Assembly (NCBI RefSeq): GCF_001194135.2 | Contig: NC_068982.1 | Coordinates: 21,536,883-21,594,249, forward strand | DNA: 57,367 nt | Direction: 5' to 3' | Origin: Octopus bimaculoides | Taxonomy: Eukaryota | Part shown: positions 12,833 through 26,731 of the stretch, piece after piece | How positions within the stretch are numbered: position 1 is the first letter of the stretch | Layout: each line of letters opens with the position of its first letter | Program-made: the position numbers and the translations under genes | The notes under the pieces: generated by a model | What the model was told of the DNA's origin: nothing | Seen by the model: the letters and a program-made list of their open reading frames with translations, nothing else | The model's database searches: none

Positions 12833-13905
12833 AGCAGATGTAGGTAAGCTCTACAAAGCATTAGCTGATATCTATGATAAGGAACCCCGGGACAGAAGTA
12901 AGTGCCATCCTCCCAACCATCCTTGCTCATCGCCTGCTCATCGCCTGCTCATCGCCTGCTTAAAGTTTGGTTACAACTTACCCGAGTATGATATCACATT
13001 TTTTTTATATTCTTTAAATCATGTCTCTTCAAATTTCCTTGTATGAATATCGTACTCTCGTGTGTTTAGAAATAGGAATGTTCATGCATAAAACTTGTTA
13101 TGATCAATCTTCATATAACTCACTTTATGATATGAAAATCAATAGAAAAATTAATTTCGATTTATGGGATTTCATATTACAAGACGATAATCAGGAAGGC
13201 GATGGATTTCTGTATAACAATGCGCGAATCCGTTCCAGTGATGTATTCTATAAAACGTGAATAAGCACCAGAGAATAAGAATCCTGTTTTCTTCTCTCCG
13301 TCTTCCTGTATAGACTGTTGCAATTATTAATTGATAATTACAAGAATAAGTTAATAAGTACATTTCTCACAATATTCTTCATCTTGAGAAGCATTCCGTT
13401 TGATATTGACTTAAATGTTGGTAGTAACAATTTGAATTTATACATGATATTGCTGAGTCAGATGTCTACTTTTCATTTGTGCCTCTTACTAAATAACCCG
13501 ATGGTTGTTATATTGAATATTCTTATTGAAGTAAGGATGAAAGTAACGTAAAACGTGTGTCGAATTTTTAGTGGTCAAGGCTAAAAAGGATGTTTACGAT
13601 TCTAGTAGATAATCATGAAAATCATTGTTGAGCGTGTACCTACCAACCATTGTAATGTTTAATTGCATTCATTGATAACACGATGGGTATCAGTAGGGTC
13701 AGTTCTATAGTGGATCGTAATTCTGGAAGCTAAAAGCTAAAAGTATGATTTGGAAATTTTATCAGCGGGAGGCTGTCTGCAACGAAGAATAATAATAGAT
13801 TGTGAGTGGGTACAAGATGAAAACTCAGAAATTAAATCATATTATATATATATATATATATATAAACATATTTGTGTATATGTGTGTATATATATGTATA
13901 TATAC

Positions 13906-13955
<50 letters not shown>

Positions 13956-14115
13956 TGTATATATAAATCTATGTTTATAGCATGTGTGTATATGTGTAAA
14001 TGTGTGTCTTCATACTTTATTTCTTCATTTTACTATTATGTACAATCATAAGAGCACGAGTGTATATCTATACGTGTAATTACGCACAGACATTTATATT
14101 TGAAAGCTTCTAACG

Positions 14116-14158
<43 letters not shown>

Positions 14159-17100
14159 AGAGAGAGAGAGAGAGAGGGAGAGAGAGAGAGAAAGAGAGAG
14201 AGAGTGAAACATATATACGTATTTGTGTCTGTGTGTGAATATGTGCGTATATGTGTGTGTACGTATTTATCTATGCATGTATGAACTATGTGTTTACGGA
14301 AAGAACTTTAGTTTTGTGAATCTAATCAATACTTCATCATTTTCTAGAAGAAAATCTGGCTGTTTTATTTTAGCATCTCTGTTTTATTTTTAATACTTCT
14401 CTTAACCTCCCTTTCTTTACCAAAAATACCTTCTGTTCCATCGATATTCAGCATCTTGTAAAATGATTGAAACGTAAATATTTTAGAATTAGTAGTTTTC
14501 AACTTGTAAAGAATCATAACGTATGGTTGCATTCATAAAGAGAATTTTTTGTCCTTTTTTTATTGTTATTTCATTTTATACTTCGTTTTTCCTTGAATAC
14601 TTTTGTGACGTTTGAGGGTCAAATTAGTTTGTTAAACCTTGTTACCATTCTTCCGAACAATAACACAAATTCTTTTTTTCAAAATTTCTGTCTGTGATAA
14701 ATTTCATTTTTACGTTTTGCCGTAAGTATTACAATTGTTCAGAGCCACCTATCTGTGAATTCATACTACTGTTTTAAACATTTGGCTTTCTTTTCTCAAA
14801 TTTCTCATGTTCTATAAACATATCTAGCTAATGTACCATTGCAATCTGACTGTGAATAGGAACGCTATAGAGACACAGTTCAGCGCTCTAAACATCAGCT
14901 GCAATTATTAATTTGTAATTGATATATTTACAATGTTCTGTTAAACTCTTATTTACATAAAAACGAGGGTAGGGATAAAGCATCTCAAACTTCATTGATA
15001 TAAACATATGAAGTAATATAAAGATCATTCTTAGTAATCGAACGTTGCATTGGTTAAAGAAAAGCACTCGCATCACCACCAGTAAACTTTCGTGAGGCAA
15101 ATGCGAATGAGAATGTTACACATTGAATTTCCTCATCGTTAATATCTTGCGTCCATTAGCTGATACTCGCAATATTTTGTTAAAGCTTACTTTGGGATGG
15201 AATACAGCACCAAGAACTCCTCCGCAAATCCCAAGCCTAGAAAGATGAAATACGCAACAACAGTTATTCGATACCATTTTGAGTAAATATTCTTTAGTCT
15301 CTGAGCGATTGCTTGGAGGACAATTCCATCATATATCATTAACCTCGTACAGCTATTGCTGAAATAATTTTTCTTTACACTTATTCTGTATGCTACAACG
15401 CTGATTTGAAACACATCTGTAGTATTTTCTTCGGTCTTGAAGATACCCGTTACAGGATCATTAGCCCTCAGTCCATCTCATCTCGGACCAGATGGCTAAT
15501 CGCTTTATAGTTTTCAGGGGTGACGACCTGTTGACTGCATTCGTAGGTGTACATGAAATAGGAACGTTTTACTTGTTCAATAAAGAAACGCCCTGTGTTT
15601 TGCTGTTCATTATTTATTTTTAAAAAACCCCAGAAAGCTGCAATATCACGAGAACATTTCACACTGGATCTTTGCAACATATAGACATGCTGACCTACAT
15701 AAGAAGCATAATAGCCGCTGTTCCAGCTATTTAGTTATTTCTTGTGGTAAATCATGCCGAACAGACTATAACTGTATACTATTATACCATTTTATACTAT
15801 TTTACTGAATCTCTTAATAGCATAGAATTTTAAGGTTGCAATATTGCTACAAAACTTGAGATAGAGCATATGTGATTCACATTCTTTACTGGTAGTCGAG
15901 AATGATGAAAAACTGTGTAAATACATAACTAAAATGGATATCAATAGCGTCAAACTTTTAGTCCGACACTTTTACGCCACCTCATTTCCGTCCACGCAAT
16001 AATAGCAATGATTTTCGATAGTTCACATTTGTAGAATAAACATAGCGATATAAATAGCCTCAAATATTTCCATATTTTAGGAATGTAAGTATTGCGTAAA
16101 ATTTTCTTGTAGCGTTGAGGGAGTAATCTGGGGAGTTACAGAATTTCCCTATTGTGGCGTTCGCAATTTTTGAATGGTGTAGTAAATTTATTTTTGCAAA
16201 CTTCTGTAGGTGTAGGCATGTGTTTTTTTTGTATGAAACCAACATCATCATCATAGTATTTCTAAAATACTTGTGTAAGCCACCTCATAGATCTGAATAT
16301 ATGTGTATACCATTAAAAGAAATTCAGCTTTTCATGTCCTGAATTAGTTACCTTCATCTGGATCCTTCGTTTGCCAATAATTTAAGAACTAAGTTTCTTT
16401 TAAAGTGAATATTTCATAAACATTCCATGGGTTGCATTGTTAGGAACATGGTACGCAACGAATCTAATTTCTGGCAACTTAATCTAATGAGTTATTACAT
16501 ATATTCTCTAACATTTATCACTTTACCGTTTCTCTCTTTTTTCATTCTTCTCTCAAATGTGATTTATTCTGAAGCACTTCGACGTTGGAAAGGCCTTACA
16601 TATGTCTCATTTATGAAGAGATATTTCGTTGAAACTTTGAAAAATGTATGAATGCCTCAATTTAATATTACCACTTTCATGAAAACATTGATTTTATTCT
16701 GTTGTCGAAATTGACTAGCATATCATGTCGAAAACAAAAACTTAGATATATCTTCGGTAAAAGGAGTCCCTAATATATTCTATTTCAATTAGACTGAAAA
16801 TAGATTCTTTCATAAGTTAAAGGACGTTAAATAAATTCAAAAGAAGCACTTTTGGTGATTTCTACGTTATAACGTTATAATTTAGTCGTTCGTAGGACAC
16901 ACATATTTGGTTCTTCCATTGATACACATGTGTGCCAGATGACTTCCCTAAGACTCGAAGATGACTTTGAATTGAAAACTTCGCACTTAATATTTACATC
17001 TCAGCAATTTCACACAAAGTAGAACTAACGGTAAAGTATCATAACAATTAAATTTTAGCGGCGGGTTTTAATTCTTGATCTATTAGACTAAGAGCTATTT

Positions 17101-18419
17101 GACTCCAATCAGACGATGTCGGTGACTCTTTGTTGAAAATTCTCCAATGAGATCACTCATAAGATTTGTCTTAATTTCACTTATCAAGAACTCGAATATA
17201 ATTGTTCTTTGTTAGCAGTTTTATACTTTTTCGATAGTTGAAGACATTATAATGTGCATCAAAGGTAAGCACATGCACTAGCGTAGGTCATTAAAAAGAA
17301 TCCGGTTTTTCTAAATACAGAGACATTGTATGACTTTATAAACAACACGCGGCACACCTATGGGCCAGGAGAGACAAAAATCAAAGTGAAATTCAGCAGT
17401 TCAAAACGGTGTTGCATATACTAACAAAAGAATATCGTAATAAGAGATTAGCATTTCAAATCATCTTTCTCCAACCTATTTTTACATTATATTCTTGTTC
17501 GCTATCAAAGAAGAATTATTCATGTGAAAGATAAACATTCTTTATTTTTCTACATATTTAGTCTACATCGTAATTTAAAGATCTCGTTACTGTTGCAATT
17601 ACTCTATTCCATCCTTTTGCTTTACTTATTTGTTTATTACCACAAACGTAATCGCTATTTCTTTTTCAAAGAAATTAAAATAAATTATTGATAAACTATT
17701 TGTAAGCTAATCATTTCTAACAACTTACTTTCTTCTCCTTTTAATTAAGCTGTAAGGATTTTAGTCAGCAGAAACGTGTTCATCTGTTGACTATTAATTA
17801 GCAAGGAATACCAAGAGATCCATAACTAAATAAACAATCGTGACAGAAGGCGGAATTTTTCTGAAACTCATCGTGGGTGTTTACGAAGCTAACTAACGAT
17901 AAACTGAAAAGTGCCTTTCAATATTTTCAAATATTTATATATTCTATTCCATTGTTGCGCAGTATTATTTACAGGATGGGGAATTCAAACTGGGGGATCG
18001 ATTTTGTTTAGTTATATGTCATTATGTGTGAATGAGTATCTTCCAGGCTTGCAGTTATGATAATGAGCTTTAGTTGAAGTATTTCTGTGAGCCTGTTACC
18101 TACTTCAATTTCAAACACTTTACACAACTTAATAACGAGTGCATTGCCTAAAAGGCATGAATGTCATGATTTCATTGGCATTCACTATGCCAAACACGGA
18201 ATACACACGCATACACACACGCAAATATATCTCTTCAGGTGACATGGATTCGAGCCCCACCGGCAGCTTTCGAACATTTCGATCCAAAAGGTGTTTCCAA
18301 CACAATATTTTCATATTATTATTGATAAATTAATGCGTGTGCTTAGAGATATTTGAACAAATAATTATTTCACGTTCTTTAGAAATTCTATAAAATTCGT
18401 GTAGAGCAAATATATGTAT

Positions 18420-18660
18420 ATATTCTTTAATTCTTTTATTTGTTTTGACTGCGGCCTTGCTGGAGCACCACCTTGAGGGGTTTAGTCAAAGAAAGCGACC
18501 CCAAGACTTATTTTTGTAAGCCTAGACTTATTCTATGGAGCACTTTTGCCGAACCGTTAAGTTACGGGTTCATTAACGCATCAGCAACGGTTGTCAAGTG
18601 ATGGTGGGGGGAAACACACACACAGACACACATGCACACACACATAAGACACAGACACAC
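18420..18660 (-). mobile_element. SINE 3' half (same family as 35344-35730)
   Basis: Reverse-complement match to 35540-35730 (GTTGTCAAG, GCCGAACCG.TAAGTTACGG, GTAAGCCTAG, GGAGCACCACC), ending at a CA-repeat linker. Confidence 0.75.
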
Positions 18661-18913
18661 ACAGACACAGACACACACAGACACAGACACACACACATAC
18701 ACACATAAAGACCCAAATATATACATAGTTTCGTGTAGAGTTCAACGTGTTAATGAGTGAGAAAAGGGGTGTCTATTGTCTAAACGAAATCTTTGTGTTC
18801 CTATCAAAAAGCATATATTGAATAGGTGTTATGTCCACCTGTGTGTGTGTGCGTGCGTGTGTGGTTTATGTGCGTGTGTGTGTGTGTGTGTGTGCGTGTG
18901 TGTGTGTGTTCTA

Positions 18914-18968
<55 letters not shown>

Positions 18969-19399
18969 GTATGTATTGAATTCTCTTTCAATATGTTTTG
19001 AAAAATTACCAGCTGTGAGTCGATGGGTGTGTAAGAAGTGAAGAATTTCTCTCTTTGGGTTAGATGGATACTTTTCAGTGTCTCTTCATGTGTGTATGTG
19101 TGTTTTTGTGATGCTTGCTTTCTTTGTATGAGTGTATAAGCGTGTGTTTGTATGTGTACAGATGTATGTGTGCGGGTCTTTGTGATGCTTTATTTTGTAT
19201 ATTTGTGGGTTTGTGTGTGTGCGTTTGTAATATTTCCTTTTTTGTGTATGTGTGTATGTTTGTGTGTGTGTGTGTTTGTGGTGTTTTATGTCGTATGTGC
19301 ATGTGAGTATAGGTGTGCGTTTGTGTGTGTGTGTGTGTTTTTTTTTTGTTTATGTGTGTGTGTGCTGGCATATATGTATATTTCAAACAAGATTTAGGA

Positions 19400-20560
19400 G
19401 GTGATGGGAAGTATTGTTTTAAAAATGATGATATGTATAAAATTGTTTAAAATTGTTTTTATGTGTCTGTTCTTATATATTGGTTGTGGTTGGGTCTATA
19501 TGTAATTGTGGTTTATACTTGTTGATATATTGTCTTTTTTATTCAGACGTTGTGGTTGATTGAAAGAATCTGAACACTTGTAGAGGGAAAATATTTTGAA
19601 ACTACGTAAGGCCATGCCTGCACAAGTTGCAATGTGGCTTCTTAAAGGAATTTTCCTTGTGCATGTGTAATTATATTGGCAACCATTGCATGTGATTAGG
19701 TAGATCAGATTTTCTTTGTTGCAGGTGACATTGGACTTGATTTTGAATGTCTGACCCTCTTTAAGTTTAAATTATGGTCCCTCAGTTAGGTAAAGGCAGT
19801 GGCCGCAGTTTGTTCTCCCGCATTTTGTGCCCTTTGGGTCGTGGGTTTCTTTGTGTACGGTTGCTCCAGTGACAATGACATTTAGTGTTTTGGACAGCCT
19901 TTTGCTTTTGATGATTTGTTTTCTCTAAGATTTTTCTTTTTTTTTTTTTCATTTGCAAATAACATGGGGAGGTTTTGGTGGATGTGATCAAATATTTCCG
20001 TGTTCCTGGAATTGAAGGTTGACACGAATCGTAAGAAATTTTTCTTTCTTTTGTATTTTTTTTTTTTTGCCAAGTTCCTTCGCCTTGTTTATTTCGTTGG
20101 TGATTATGCCAGGAGGAAGTCTCTTTGGATAAGTGTGTCCTTCAGTTCCTCTAGTCTTTCTTCATGTTTTGATGTTTCTGATAATATCGTGTCAAATTCG
20201 TTTGCCAGGTTGAAGGGAATGTTGAGTTTGGTGTGTTTCGGGTGAGATGATGTGAAAAGTAGGTACTCTTTGTACAATATGTCCGTTTCTATTTCTTCAT
20301 CTTGGTTTATGATTAAGATATCTACAAAGCAAGTTGTTTGGGATTAAACTCCACCGTGAATTGTATTTTTTTTTTTTTTTGCTGTGGTTGTTTATCATGT
20401 TTTTGAATGCAGTTAACTTGTCAATGTTTTCCTGCCATAAAATAAATCAGTCATCTTGGTATATTTTCCAGTTGTTTCTTAGTTGTGTATGGAACGTGTC
20501 ACTAAATACTAGAAGATGATTTATCATGTCTAGGTCGTCTCGTATGTATCAGGTCATCCC
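19400..20560 (-). mobile_element. Penelope-like element: RT C-terminus plus GIY-YIG endonuclease (decayed)
   Basis: Minus strand: FVDILIINQDEEIETDILYK, YLLFTSSHPKHTKLNIPFNLA, then TFKIKSNVTCNKENLIYLITCNGCQYNY and SHIATCA...FKIFSLYKC; multiple frameshifts. Confidence 0.85.
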
Positions 20561-20569
20561 ATAAGCTCT

Positions 20570-20790
20570 GTCCGAATTTTGAATACAGAAAACAAATGAT
20601 CAAACGTTATATATTCAATTGAAATTTAATCATCAGTGTACTTTCTCTGATTATCTATGATTTCCTTCCATCTATTTACAAGCTTTTTAATCCCATCAAT
20701 GTAAAACTCCTGAAATGTCAGTTTCGACCTCCTCCTGGCTTGCGAAAGTTATGTACCCTAAATGATTCTGTAAATGATTCCAACATAGAT
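20570..20790 (-). mobile_element. Mariner transposase C-terminal remnant
   Basis: Minus strand FASQEEVETDIS followed, in another frame, by QEFYIDGIKKL. Confidence 0.55.
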
Positions 20791-23099
20791 CTAGCGATGA
20801 ATGTGCATTTCCTGTGGATGACGCCAGGTAGCCATAAGAGGTGAACGTGTTCTGTCGGCTTATTACTAGGGATACGACCAAAATACGGTTTGAATGTTAA
20901 ATTTAAGATTTTGAAAATCTAAATCTACATTCTAATTATAACTTATATAAATACACACACTCATAGACATGCATATGCTTATACTTATACAAACACCAAT
21001 ACATCAGACATATCGCATATATTACATGACCTCATTAGCCATCATTACAACACAGTATGATATTTTCTTTATGCGAAGATATGCCAGTTGAAGGTATATT
21101 ATCTTAGAATAGAGCGCTATGCCTGATACTAATGAAAAAAGGACTTTACAGTAGCTTACACACAAATAATGTACTGGTCACTCTGCGCATATTTTTCTTG
21201 TGCCACCAACTAGGGTTTACACATGATATTTGTTAAAGAGGATATCCATGAAGCTCATAACTTTCTCTTCATAATAACTAGTTTTCCGCCACCACACTAT
21301 TTCTTATTCTATTCTATCCCTTTCGGACTCCATTTTCATGTGGTGGTTTTGGCAGAGAGAATGTGAGTCCTTTGCCTTGCTTAGCCACATGTCAGTCAGA
21401 TCGAGAAGGCTTGTAATGAAAACATACCAGCCATGAAAATACATTTTACTCGTATTATGCAATACATTGTGAAGTGTAGTCGTCTTTGTTTAAGAATAGT
21501 ATGATTTAATTTGTAGTACATTTAGCAGTTATTTCTAGCAAATGGGTCAACAGACTAGGGGCTCTTTCCTTGTCTAACTGGTATTTCTAACCGTGGTAAT
21601 AGTGTTGATGATAGGGATGATTGAGTTTTTGATAGTGACGGTTATGTTAGTGGTAAGGGTGTAAGTGGCCGATATAACTGTATTTTTTTAGCATCTGCAG
21701 AAGGCATAGGCCGAAGTAATTTTGCAATATGAACTGCTTAATACATTCTCAACTTTATAGAAGAATCTTGCTTCTAATTTGATCAGTGAGCCATTCTGCC
21801 ATTTTATATCAACTTATACTTTGATGGTCTAAGCCGTTAAGGGTTACACATATTATTTAGACAGAGAACCATTAATTGGTTCAGTGTCTAATTGACCTTT
21901 ATCCTTTTGACAGTGTCATGCAAAATTTTTCGCCTTTTTCACATAATTCACATTAAGCTTCATATATTAAAGCAACTGATGCGTTTAGTTAATTTTATGG
22001 ATTGGCAGTTACACTTCTAAATGAAGCGCTATACTAAAGTATGGTTACTGTTAGATATAGATAGTTAGTTAATAAGTAGTTAGAATAAGCTTTGAGGGCT
22101 GGAGAATAACCGAAATAATGCTGTTGCAGTCTGCGCTAAGAACTATTTATCTAGTGATTGTGATAATTTTCCTTTACAAAGTAAAATGTCTAGAGATAAC
22201 TCATCCAGCCCCCGGCTGTATTGACTGCTGTAATTCTGAACAAAATGCCAACATCCAGATGCAGTTGAACCACTAGAGATTTAGTAAGGAAATATAGAAC
22301 AAGAATATGTATAAGAACTTAGTTATATTTTTCATATTAAGTGTAGTGCAATCAACCAAAACAGAAATTGACAATATCGATGATTAGAATGAATGACAAT
22401 TCTAATGAATTGATTTGCTGCCGATTTTTGATTCCCATGTGCAATACTTTTTTGCTTCGTATCATAACGTTCTTACGATTTCCTGTTCTTACACTTTTAT
22501 GATATGTATCTCGCTTTTATTGTTTTGTTTTCTTTTTGCTTCCATCAGTAGATAAGGCTGAAGCAGTCATTGATTCATTAAGTGTTTTGTTCTAAAATGA
22601 TTTTAAGACACCTGTTTAATTAACAACCAAACGTCTGCGTTTTTATTTTGATTAGTTGAGAAATTCTAGTTCACTAAGAAACGAAATTCGTACAACGAGT
22701 TGATAAAATTCATGTGGATAATTCACAAAATTTATTCAAATCTTTCATAACAAACCAAAAGCAAGGTTTTTGTGATGGAATTGTCCAACAGCAACTTATT
22801 ATCATGGCTACCATGTTGTGAATCAAGTCCACTGAAGTTCACTTTGTACACCCGTCTCTTGACATTGTGTTACCCAAATTCTGCGTTAGTGTTCGCTTCC
22901 ATTTTCATGATCTTCATGTAGATGTTGATCCGGAGTTGTCTCTGGTCATTACTGGACACCGACCGCACTAGTCTTGGAAAGCAGAAAAAGCTCTTCGACG
23001 CAGTTTCATTCCAACTAAATACAAATACAAACATATTTATTAAAGTGATGTACGTGACTGCTGTTTAAGAAACCGTGACAAGATCCGACAATGTTTTAT

Positions 23100-23900
23100 G
23101 TCCCCGTTTTTCGGGGTCTTTTTTTCAGGAACGGCGTTGGATATCTTACAGATAAATCTGTAATTGAGAAACAGTTACCTAACATGGAAGACTAGAAGCT
23201 CTCTGAATACTGTAAAAGAGTTACCCGTATCAGGCTGGTTCTCGCCCAGTGTCAACATACCGATACCATGACTACTGCTCAATGCTCTGTGAACACTGTA
23301 AAGGCTGTAAGATGTACATCGACCACAGCAGCGGAGACCACAAAGCCGTAGGCTTTCTGACTGCATGAGCGCGCTGAAGCTCATCTACCAGCTGATGAAG
23401 AGAACGTGAGGCCATGTGAAGCTGCTCCAGACTATTGTCAAAGCCTGCTTCGAGAGGGTTGCTGCCGGAAGGCCATATGTATTTGTATGGCAGCTTGACT
23501 CGTCGCCTTGCTATACCGCCGGAAAGAGTCACAAGTCGGTGTCGGAGAATTTTTACGATTTCACCAGTCCCTGTTTCTGGTTTCATAATTCCCCGATTGT
23601 AATCCCACGGATTACTCTGTGTGGTGCGTGATGGCAAAATACATCAACCAGTCTGCCTGCAACACAAAGCCAGGCTAGTGGTGAAGATCATGAAAGTGTT
23701 TTCAGATCTTCCCAAGGACACCGTGGTCAATAAATGCGCCATGGTACGGAGCCGTCTTAAGGCCGTGGTGGAAGCTGGGTGCGGCTACTTTGAATAATCT
23801 GTTATCTCCCAGCCATAATGTAGTTTATATCGTTTGGATTTTTTTAACATAATTTTATTTTTAGAAGGTATATTGTGTTTTCTTTTCTTTTTATGTAAAC
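23100..23900 (+). mobile_element. Tc1/mariner (maT/DD37D-like) transposase remnant
   Basis: LLQTIVKACFERVAAGRPYVFVWQLDSSPCY...WFHNSP, then CNPTDYSVW...RSRLKAVVEAGCGYFE* (stop 23795-23797). Outer boundaries are approximate. Confidence 0.8.
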
Positions 23901-26309
23901 CGTTAAATTTAGCCCATTGCGTTTATTTGTTGTACTGTTTTGTTCAACAGCCTGCGTTTGTTTCAGGAAGCACAGTTCGTTAAATGGCATAGAAGAGTCA
24001 ATTTAACTAAATGTATTCTTTCTCTCCAAAATAGGATTTCTACATAATCAAAACAAACCAATTTTGTGAACAATAAAAATTTTCATAGTTATTTTCATTT
24101 TAGTAGTTTTCCAAAAGTAAATGACGAGAAGTAATAACTAAGAGACACAGTTAAATTTTAAATCTTTGTTATATAACTCGTTGCAAATAAAATAAAATAA
24201 GCAATGTTGAAAACAATTTTTGATGTCATACTATTAAATTGCTCAATTTTGACATCAAAATAAGTTATTGAAGTACGAAATTACAAATTGTTCTTCCTAT
24301 ATTATTGATTAAAATAAATTTTACGTCTTCCTAAGGAATACTTTGAGATATACATCAAATAACCGTGCTGTAGAGTATAGATTTGGTAATAGAAAGCTAA
24401 ACAAAGAAGATTATGTATTCAATTTCAGTTATAATTTGTTTCACAAGAGTTACGAGATACACAGCATTGTCTGTATTTGTCTGATTACGTTATTAGCGAT
24501 GCTATTTAGATTTCAATTGTAATGAAAATTGTTGTAATATATTGCAATATGCTTTTGTAATTTAGTATCTTCAATATTTTCTCTATGCATCACACAGTAA
24601 TTCACATACAACATGTTCACTGCTCTCGTATTGCTGTATTTATATTAGTTTTTAATATCGATATGAATATATTTATAGGGAAAATACACTATATTTTACG
24701 ACTAAATTAAAAAGGGTTTTATTTTACATTTTCAACGTGTTTTTCTAGCTTTCATTATAATTTTTTTATACTCATAAAATAAATGTCAACTTTGTGTGGA
24801 TAGCAGAGAAAGAGAATGGGTAGAAAATTATTGTTGCAATTGTTTAACCTCAAGTCAACTCTGACGCAGGAGAGATATTATCGGAACTGACTTTATTTTG
24901 AGAAGACAAAATTAAAGTGACTTTCGTCTTTTGAGACAGTAGCGTGTAATTTCGGTGAAATTTCTCTTTGTGACTATCAGGATGGGCAAAGCGTTGAGAC
25001 ACTTTTAGATAAATGTAAATGGGTTATAAGCTTATATGATATTCCCTCAGGCATTAGCAGCGTTAAGTAAAAGGTTTTGAAATGGTCCAACCTGGGACGC
25101 CCACATAAAAAACATATGTGAATATATGTGTAAGTGACTGTGCACCGTTTTGTGTGTGTGATTGAGTAAGGCTGTATGTCTGCATGAGAGAATTAGAGAG
25201 TGTGTGTGTCTCTTCACAGGAGTGATTATGTGCCTGAGTAAATGCTTATGATAAGTGAATGAGAGTGAAAAAACTTACATCATATAACTATTTCTCTATT
25301 TAAAAAAAAACAGTAACAAGACGACTAAACGTAATCATAAGACACTGTGAAAAAATAATTCCGTGTGCATATTTTTTTTCGTGTCATTAATGAAGAGTGT
25401 GAAATAAATTGCTTTCTAACTAGAATTTAAATCGGCACATGAATCCCTCCTGCAGTGATGTTACTTAAGTTATTTTCCTCTTGTTCACGTTAATGGTGTT
25501 TTCCTTTTTCTTAATTCTTTTAGTAGAGTTTTTTTTTTTTCTAGTGAACTGAAGACAGTCGGCCATTAAATCTATGATGCAATATCACATTAAAACATGT
25601 GTGTATGCATGTATGTATATATGTGTGTCTGTCTGTTTGTTTGCATATGCATAAAAAGAGAGTAAAAGGGAGAGAGAGAGCGGAAAGAGAGAGGGGAGTA
25701 AGAGTGAAGAGAGCGACAGAGAGAGAGAGGGATGGAAAGTGAATGAAGTACAGAAATACCAAGTGAAGGAAAACTATCCTAATTGGTAGGGATCAAGAAA
25801 AAATGTTCATTTAAAATGTCTATATACAAATTTTTAAGCATACATTTTTACAGAGATTATGTCTGTCTCTCAGTTACAGATGCATACACTGATGCATAGA
25901 CAAATACATACACAAGCAACATCTTAAGTCTTCGTAATGTTTAACATATGCTTTTCTGGTTACCTATGTCGTTTAACTCCATGTAAAGACTAAACTTACA
26001 AGCCTATGGTCAAAATGTTTAAACCGTGACCATCTCGTTTGTTTTTAAGGTTGTAATGCATAAAACAAAAACTACAGTAAACTGCATGATTTTCGCTTTT
26101 TATATAATTCTGTTCGATTTGATTGTGACTCGGCTGTTGTTTCGGGCATGTCAAACAACGTCAATGCTCTCCTCGATTTTCCGATGTTGGTGTTAGTATT
26201 GTTATATTCCAAGCCTGATCATGTGAGACATTGGCCAAAGTTCTTCTTATTTCAGATAAAGTGCTTGCATAACTACATTATTATTTGTTCAATAGTTTTA
26301 TTTTTATAG

Positions 26310-26538
26310 CGTACTTTCACTTCACTACCGAGCGCAGCTCTGTGTGCCTTGGGCATGAGCTGTGGTTTGCTGTGATGCTCTTATGGTTACTGTATTGAAA
26401 GCATTCTGCGTAGGATGTGTGCAGTGCCCAGTAGTGTATTTTGAAAGTTTCTCCATTTCTTTTAGGGAAACGTTGTCATCTGCTGGTATTGATACATCAA
26501 TTAGAAAGCATTTTTTCCTTCATGAAATCTGACAACTA
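26310..26538 (-). mobile_element. R4/Dong-like RLE LINE 3' end, family 2, internally deleted
   Basis: Minus strand DVSIPADDNVSLKEMEKLSKY jumps directly to LLGTAHILRRMLSIQ*; abuts (ATT)n at 26539-26731. Confidence 0.8.
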
Positions 26539-26631
<93 letters not shown>

Positions 26632-26633
26632 TA

Positions 26634-26724
<91 letters not shown>

Positions 26725-26731
26725 CATTATT
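26539..26731. repeat. Long (ATT)n microsatellite with ATC variants; representative of dozens of (TA)n, (CA)n, (GA)n, (ATT)n, (ATC)n, (TTC)n and (GATA)n tracts
   Basis: Direct inspection. Other large tracts: 7655-8175, 31157-31238, 46386-46660, 47081-47267. Confidence 0.95.

Noticed and set aside
12922-12960. Three copies of the 11-mer TGCTCATCGCC
   Set aside because: No spacers; a local slippage minisatellite, not CRISPR-like.
13021-13260. 79-aa ORF
   Set aside because: No recognisable motif or convincing splice sites; within chance expectation.
15468-15680. ORF with VTPENYKAISHLVRDE, faintly like a mariner HTH linker
   Set aside because: A single weak motif; insufficient for a call.
16077-16090. 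AG|GAAT|GTAAGT, and AG|TTCG|GTAAGA near 50205, as possible 4-nt microexons
   Set aside because: Such short patterns are expected by chance; untestable from sequence alone.
18239-18290. 52-nt exon candidate (VTWIRAPPAAFEHFDPK or GDMDSSPTGSFRTFRSKR)
   Set aside because: Weak GTGTTT donor, and it contains a B-box-like GGATTCGAGCCC suggesting a repeat origin.
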